A stretch of 32,000 bases of DNA, taken from positions 478,038 through 510,037 of the forward strand of contig NZ_CP059216.1 in assembly GCF_014252315.1 (NCBI RefSeq), written 5' to 3'. The notes beneath the pieces are model-generated. The model saw nothing but the letters and a program-made list of their open reading frames with translations. It was not told where the DNA came from and ran no database searches. Shown here one piece after another: positions 27,269 to 32,000 of this stretch. The first letter of the stretch is position 1. Each line of letters starts with the position of its first letter. The stretch comes from Candidatus Saccharimonadota bacterium. GTDB lineage: Bacteria > Bacteroidota > Bacteroidia > Flavobacteriales > Blattabacteriaceae. A program made the position numbers and the translations under genes.

Positions 27269-28030
27269 TTAAGATTGAATAATTTTAATAAATTTTTCTA
27301 TATCTAGAGAACATTTTCCGATTAATCCTCCATCTACATCTTTATTTGAAAAAATTTTTTTTGAATTTAAATCATTTATACTTCCACCATATAAAATCGG
27401 TAATTGTTCAGATATATATTTATTATATTTACATGAAAATTTATAACGAATAAAACTATGCATTTTTTGAATCTGATCATCTGACGCTGTTAATCCTGTT
27501 CCAATAGACCATACAGGTTCATATGCAATATATAAAAATCGTATTTCATCTAAAGAACAATTAAAAATTGTTTTTTTTAATTGAGATTCAATAGAAATAA
27601 AATGATTATTTTTATTTCTATCATCAATAGTTTCTCCTACACAAAATATAACTTTTATTCTATTTTTTATGGCTGTTTTTACTTTTTCTAATAAAAAATC
27701 ATCTTTTTCTAAAAAAAATTTTTTTCTTTCACTATGACCAATTATAACTCTATTAATTCCAATAGATTTTATCATTAAAGCAGATACTTCTCCAGTATAT
27801 GATCCTTTATCCATTGAGTAAATATTTTGAGCTGCAATTTTTAAAGAAGTACCTTGAGATATTTGATTTGATATATGTAAAAAAGGAAAAGAAGGAGCTA
27901 TAATTATTTCTTTGTTATGAATAATTTTTCTATCAAAAACAAATTTTATAAAATTTCTTAGAAAAGTAGTGGTTTTATGTAAATCATAATTCATTTTCCA
28001 GTTTGCAACTATAATTTTTTTTTTCATCAT
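27269..28030 (-). CDS. tpiA: Triosephosphate isomerase
   Basis: I place the start at the internal Met pair (MMKKKIIVANWKMN, the conserved TIM N-terminus). This removes the 20-codon track extension that would overlap the upstream gene. It has IIGHSERK, YEPVWSIGTG and GGLIGKCSL. Confidence 0.93.
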   Translation of the reverse strand: MMKKKIIVANWKMNYDLHKTTTFLRNFIKFVFDRKIIHNKEIIIAPSFPFLHISNQISQGTSLKIAAQNIYSMDKGSYTGEVSALMIKSIGINRVIIGHSERKKFFLEKDDFLLEKVKTAIKNRIKVIFCVGETIDDRNKNNHFISIESQLKKTIFNCSLDEIRFLYIAYEPVWSIGTGLTASDDQIQKMHSFIRYKFSCKYNKYISEQLPILYGGSINDLNSKKIFSNKDVDGGLIGKCSLDIEKFIKIIQS

Positions 28031-28043
28031 TAAATTTTTATTT

Positions 28044-28529
28044 TTATAAAAATTTTTTATAATTTTTTTTGTAATAAAAAATAACATCAACTAATATAAT
28101 TAAATAATTATCATTTAACTGTTGATATGATATATTAAATAAATTTTTTCTTAAGTATAATAGTTTATTTAATATTATATCTATAGAACAATTTTTATTT
28201 TCTATTATTTTTACCAATTTTTTTATTGTTTTTATTTTTTTTTTATATAATATAATTGCATTATTATTTGATATTTTTTTTTCACATTTTAATTCTATTT
28301 TAATTAATGCAATTATTAAATAATTTATAACATCTATATATGTATCTATAATTTTCTCTTCTTTTACAGAAAAAGATTTTTTTATATTAATATTTTTTAT
28401 ACGAATAATTTTAATTAATATTTGATCTATTATAGAATAATTTTTTAGAATTATCCATGATAATCCATAGTATTTTAATTTTTCAAGAAAAATATTTTCA
28501 CATTTTTTAATAATAAAGGAAAATAACAT
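28044..28529 (-). CDS. Conserved hypothetical protein, DUF1599-like
   Basis: 161 aa. CENIFLEKLKYYGLSWIILKNYSIIDQILIKIIRIKNI and YIDVINYLIIALIKIELK resemble, from memory, the DUF1599 family that sits next to folP and tpiA in Flavobacteriia. There is no catalytic motif I can name. Confidence 0.5.
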   Translation of the reverse strand: MLFSFIIKKCENIFLEKLKYYGLSWIILKNYSIIDQILIKIIRIKNINIKKSFSVKEEKIIDTYIDVINYLIIALIKIELKCEKKISNNNAIILYKKKIKTIKKLVKIIENKNCSIDIILNKLLYLRKNLFNISYQQLNDNYLIILVDVIFYYKKNYKKFL

Positions 28530-28579
28530 AATAATTAACTTTATATTTTTTTAAAATAAAATATATTAAAAATAAATTA

Positions 28580-29422
28580 ATGACAATTAATTGCGCTGGG
28601 TGTTTAATAAAGTTTGATAAACCAAAAATAATGGGAATAGTTAATCTTACTCCAGATTCTTTTTATGATGGAGGATCATTAAATTCTGAAAATAAAATAT
28701 TAAAACACGTAGAATATATGTTAAAAAATGGAGCTGATTTTATTGATATTGGAGGTTGTTCTACAAGACCAGGATCTAATTTAGTAACAGAAAAAGAAGA
28801 ATTTAAAAGAGTTATTGTTCCAATTAAAATGATTATAAAAAATTTTCCTAAAATTAAAATATCTATAGATACTTTTCGAAGTAAAATAGCAAAAGCAGCT
28901 ATAGATGAAGGGGTTGTTATGATTAACGATATATCTGGAGGAAATATGGATAATAATATGTTTCCATTATTAAAAAAATTTAATATTCCATATATATTAA
29001 CCCATATGAAAGGACATCCAAAATATATGCAAAAAAATACTTTTTATTCTAATAATATAATTATAGAATTAAATAATTTTTTCTCAAAAAAAATTTCTTT
29101 ATTAAAAAAATATGGAATTAATGATATTATTTTAGATCCTGGATTTGGATTTGGAAAAACATTAGAACAAAATTTTCAATTATTAAAACATTTATCTTTA
29201 TTTGGATTTAATGATCATTTAATATTAATAGGAATATCAAGAAAATCCATGATAAATAATTTATTAAAACTTTCTTCTTGTTATAAATCTTTAAATGCTA
29301 CCTCTATTATACATACTATAGCATTAATAAAAAATAAAGGAGTAAAATTACTTCGTGTTCATGATATAAAAGAGGCATTAGAATGTGTAAAAATAACACA
29401 ATTTTATAAAAAATTTATATAA
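28580..29422 (+). CDS. folP: Dihydropteroate synthase
   Basis: 280 aa with IMGIVNLTPDSFYDGG, DIGGCSTRPGS, INDISGG and DPGFGFGKT. Confidence 0.93.
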   Translation: MTINCAGCLIKFDKPKIMGIVNLTPDSFYDGGSLNSENKILKHVEYMLKNGADFIDIGGCSTRPGSNLVTEKEEFKRVIVPIKMIIKNFPKIKISIDTFRSKIAKAAIDEGVVMINDISGGNMDNNMFPLLKKFNIPYILTHMKGHPKYMQKNTFYSNNIIIELNNFFSKKISLLKKYGINDIILDPGFGFGKTLEQNFQLLKHLSLFGFNDHLILIGISRKSMINNLLKLSSCYKSLNATSIIHTIALIKNKGVKLLRVHDIKEALECVKITQFYKKFI

Positions 29423-29441
29423 AAAAAGTATAAAAAACACT

Positions 29442-30224
29442 TTGTTCCATAAATTTTTACACATTTTAAAAACATATTTTATTGATATTATAGATATATC
29501 CTTAGTAACAATTATTTTATTAAAAATATATAGACTTGTTTACAATACCGCAGCATTAAACATTTTTTATGGAATAATTGCAACTTTTATTTTTTGGAAG
29601 ATTGTAGAAACTTATAACATGAGATTTTTAAGCATAGTAATAAGCACCTTTTTTAAAGGAGGATTTCTAGCTTTAATTATTCTTTTCCAACCAGAAATAA
29701 GAAAATTTCTTTTAATAGTAGGAAGTAGATTATTTATAAATAAATTTATTTTATCATTTTTTAAAAAACCTATAATATCCATAAAAAAAGAAACTATAGA
29801 AAGCGTTACAAATGCTTGTGCTATTTTTTCTAGAGATAAAACTGGAATTTTAATAGTTATTAAACTACAACAAGATCTAAATAATTTTATTAAAAATGGT
29901 GATGATATGAATGTTAAAGTAAATACTCCAATATTAGAAAGTATTTTTTATAAAAACAGTCCATTACATGATGGTGCTACTATTATAGCAGATAATAAAA
30001 TAATAAAAACAAGAGCAATACTTCCCGTTTCTTATAACAAAGATATTCCATATAGATTAGGACTTAGACATAGAGCTGCATTTGGTATTACTGAAAAAAC
30101 AGATGCAATATGTTTAGTAATTTCCGAAGAAACAGGATATATATCTTATATTAAAAATGGAAATAGAATAATAATAACAAATATTAATAATTTAAGAACA
30201 ATACTAGAAAAAGATATAACATAA
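29442..30224 (+). CDS. cdaA: Diadenylate cyclase CdaA (DisA_N/DAC domain) with N-terminal TM helices
   Basis: 260 aa with DAC-domain motifs TGILIVI, SPLHDGATII, GLRHRAAFGITE and LVISEETG. The start is TTG at 29442. There is no in-frame ATG upstream of the conserved N-terminal FIDIIDISLV segment, so a non-ATG start is required. Confidence 0.85.
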   Translation: MFHKFLHILKTYFIDIIDISLVTIILLKIYRLVYNTAALNIFYGIIATFIFWKIVETYNMRFLSIVISTFFKGGFLALIILFQPEIRKFLLIVGSRLFINKFILSFFKKPIISIKKETIESVTNACAIFSRDKTGILIVIKLQQDLNNFIKNGDDMNVKVNTPILESIFYKNSPLHDGATIIADNKIIKTRAILPVSYNKDIPYRLGLRHRAAFGITEKTDAICLVISEETGYISYIKNGNRIIITNINNLRTILEKDIT

Positions 30225-30231
30225 AGAATTT

Positions 30232-31557
30232 ATGAAAATTAAAGAAATATATCAAAAATATTACTCTATTTCCTCTGGAATAGAAATAAATAGTAAAAAA
30301 GTTAAAAAAGGATCTATATTCATAGCTTTAAAAGGAAAAAACTTTGATGGTAATCAATTTGCGTTAGAAGCTATATCTAAAGGAGCTTTACTATCTATAA
30401 TAGATAATAAAAAATATTTTGTTAGTTGTAAAAAAATTCTTCTTGTAAAGAATACTTTATTTTTATTACAAGAACTAGCTTTCTATCATAGAAGTATAAA
30501 TAAACATATACCTATAATTGCAATTGTAGGAAGTAATGGAAAAACTACAACAAAAGAACTTATAAGAAGTGTATTATATAATAAATATAAAAAAATTCAT
30601 TATACAAAAAATAATTATAACAATCATATAGGAATTCCATTAACAATATTATCTATGTCTAATAATTCGCAAATATCAGTTATAGAAATAGGAGCAAGTC
30701 ATAAAAACGAAATAAAAAATATGTGTTCTATAGTAAATCCAGATTATGGATATATTACTAATTTTGGAAAAGCACATCTAGAAGGATTTGGAGGAATTAA
30801 AGGTGTTATAAATGGAAAATTAGAATTATATGAATTTTTAAAAAAAAAAAATAAATTAGTATTTGTAAATGGAGATGATTCAATTCAAATATCTAATAGT
30901 AATAAAATAAAAAGATTTGTTTTTTCTGGAAAAAAAAATATCAATACAAATGTAAAATTTAAATATTTATGCAATATATCTGGAATAAAATCTATTCTTT
31001 ATATAAAAAATATAAAAATAGTATCATCCCTAGTAGGAAATTATAATTTATATAATATAGCAGCATCTATAACTATAGGAATATACTTTAAAATTTCTTT
31101 AAAAAAAATTAAAAAATCAATAGAAGAATATACTTCAAAAAATTATAGATCTCAAATAATAAATAAAAATAATGTAAAAATTATTGTTGATTGTTATAAT
31201 GCTAACCCTACTAGTATGATTAAATCACTTACTTTTTTTAATAAAAATATTAATGGAAATAAAATGGTTATATTAGGAGATATGTTAGAATTAGGATCTT
31301 TTTCTAATAAAGAACATGAAAAAATTATATATTTCTTAACTAAAAGTGATATAAATATTGCATTTTTAATTGGATATATATTTTTTAATACTAAATATAT
31401 AAAATCAAATAAAACAGAAATAATAAAATTCTTAGAAAAAAAAAATTTTATAAATTGGATAAAAAAAAATCCTATTAGAAAAACAAACTTTATCTTTGTA
31501 AAAGGTTCAAGAAAAATAGAATTAGAAAATATTATTCCATTTATTAATCCAATTTAA
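30232..31557 (+). CDS. murF: UDP-N-acetylmuramoyl-tripeptide--D-alanyl-D-alanine ligase
   Basis: 441 aa of the Mur ligase family. P-loop IVGSNGKTTTKE, NNHIGIPLT, ITNFGKAHLEGFGG, DCYNANPTSM and MVILGDMLELG are MurF-type motifs. Confidence 0.88.
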   Translation: MKIKEIYQKYYSISSGIEINSKKVKKGSIFIALKGKNFDGNQFALEAISKGALLSIIDNKKYFVSCKKILLVKNTLFLLQELAFYHRSINKHIPIIAIVGSNGKTTTKELIRSVLYNKYKKIHYTKNNYNNHIGIPLTILSMSNNSQISVIEIGASHKNEIKNMCSIVNPDYGYITNFGKAHLEGFGGIKGVINGKLELYEFLKKKNKLVFVNGDDSIQISNSNKIKRFVFSGKKNINTNVKFKYLCNISGIKSILYIKNIKIVSSLVGNYNLYNIAASITIGIYFKISLKKIKKSIEEYTSKNYRSQIINKNNVKIIVDCYNANPTSMIKSLTFFNKNINGNKMVILGDMLELGSFSNKEHEKIIYFLTKSDINIAFLIGYIFFNTKYIKSNKTEIIKFLEKKNFINWIKKNPIRKTNFIFVKGSRKIELENIIPFINPI

Positions 31558-31629
31558 TTTTTAAATATAATATATATTTATATTTGCATATGTTATAAAA
31601 ATGATTTTATTCAGTAAAAGGAATTTTTT

Positions 31630-32000
31630 ATGAAAAAGATTACTGAAAAAACCTATTTTAAATGGTTTAAAGACATGTCTTTTTGGAGAAAATTCGAAGA
31701 TAAGTGCCGTTCTTTATATTTAAAACAAAAAATAAAAGGATTTTTACATTTATATAATGGACAAGAAGCTATTCCAGCAGGAATAACTCATTCTATTAAT
31801 ATTGGAATAGATAATTTAATTACTGCTTATAGATGTCATATATTACCTATGTCTATGGGGGTAGATCCTAAAATGATTATGGCAGAACTTATGGGGAAAA
31901 AAACAGGAACATCAAAGGGTATAGGTGGATCAATGCATATTTTCAGTAAAAAATATCGTTTTTATGGAGGACATGGAATAGTAGGAGGACAGATTCCTTT
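31630..32000 (+). CDS. pdhA: Pyruvate dehydrogenase (acetoin-type) E1 component alpha subunit, N-terminal part (3' end beyond the window)
   Basis: Hand translation from ATG 31630 gives MKKITEKTYFKWFKDMSFWRKFEDKCRSLYLKQKIKGFLHLYNGQEAIPAGI...YRCHILPMSMGVDPKMIMAELMGKKTGTSKGIGGSMHIF...GGHGIVGGQIP. GFxHLYxGQEA and GGSMH are E1-alpha signatures. The frame is open to the window end. Confidence 0.85.
   Translation, partial: MKKITEKTYFKWFKDMSFWRKFEDKCRSLYLKQKIKGFLHLYNGQEAIPAGITHSINIGIDNLITAYRCHILPMSMGVDPKMIMAELMGKKTGTSKGIGGSMHIFSKKYRFYGGHGIVGGQIP

Noticed and set aside
31579-31586. TATATTTG, matching the Bacteroidota -7 promoter consensus TAnnTTTG, 44 nt upstream of pdhA
   Set aside because: At this base composition the 8-mer pattern is expected dozens of times by chance in 32 kb. 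There is no TTTG -33 element at the right spacing. The other large spacers (upstream of leuS, gdhA, ubiE, rpsO) contain no TTTG at all, so I cannot support a promoter call.
1-32000. Search for CRISPR arrays, defence islands, toxin-antitoxin pairs, transposases or integrases, prophage remnants and rRNA or other structured RNA genes
   Set aside because: None seen. Every ORF over 100 codons that is not antisense noise has a housekeeping or conserved-family assignment, spacers total about 1 kb, and no direct or inverted repeats of meaningful length were noticed.

Overview
The window is a gene-dense core chromosome segment from a very AT-rich, genome-reduced Bacteroidota (Flavobacteriales) insect endosymbiont. 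Gene content and order fit Blattabacterium best; this lineage call rests on protein motifs and synteny recalled from memory, since no search could be run. I call 29 protein-coding genes (two partial at the window edges, one a 42-codon ORF missing from the ORF track) and one tRNA. By my coordinates only about 1 kb of the 32 kb is intergenic. All genes are housekeeping: iron and magnesium transport (feoB, mgtE), cell wall (ddl, murF), translation (leuS, asnS, frr, rpsO, rpmE, rluD, tRNA-Arg), transcription (rpoD, rpoN), RNA decay (pnp), nitrogen and amino-acid metabolism (gdhA, metE), cofactor and lipid metabolism (folP, ubiE/menG, fabH, sufE), glycolysis and pyruvate metabolism (tpiA, pdhA) and c-di-AMP signalling (cdaA). 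I found no CRISPR array, mobile element, rRNA, defence-type gene cluster, long repeat or clear pseudogene. I therefore do not claim a novel multi-gene system here. The leads worth a second look are smaller. (1) The LeuRS CP1 editing site appears degenerate at every classical catalytic position while the synthetic site is intact. (2) The glutamate dehydrogenase is of the animal-mitochondrial GLUD type and carries an antenna-like segment. (3) An unlisted FeoB-associated Cys-containing micro-ORF overlaps the feoB stop. (4) Four conserved proteins of unknown function are retained despite genome reduction: a GH3-family ligase homologue, a DUF1599-like protein, a GlmU-family LbH protein and a stand-alone triple-PASTA protein. 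(5) An intact sigma-54 gene has no visible sigma-54 promoter in any spacer. (6) Many in-frame 10-12 nt homopolymers occur, and convergent genes abut with no room for terminators.
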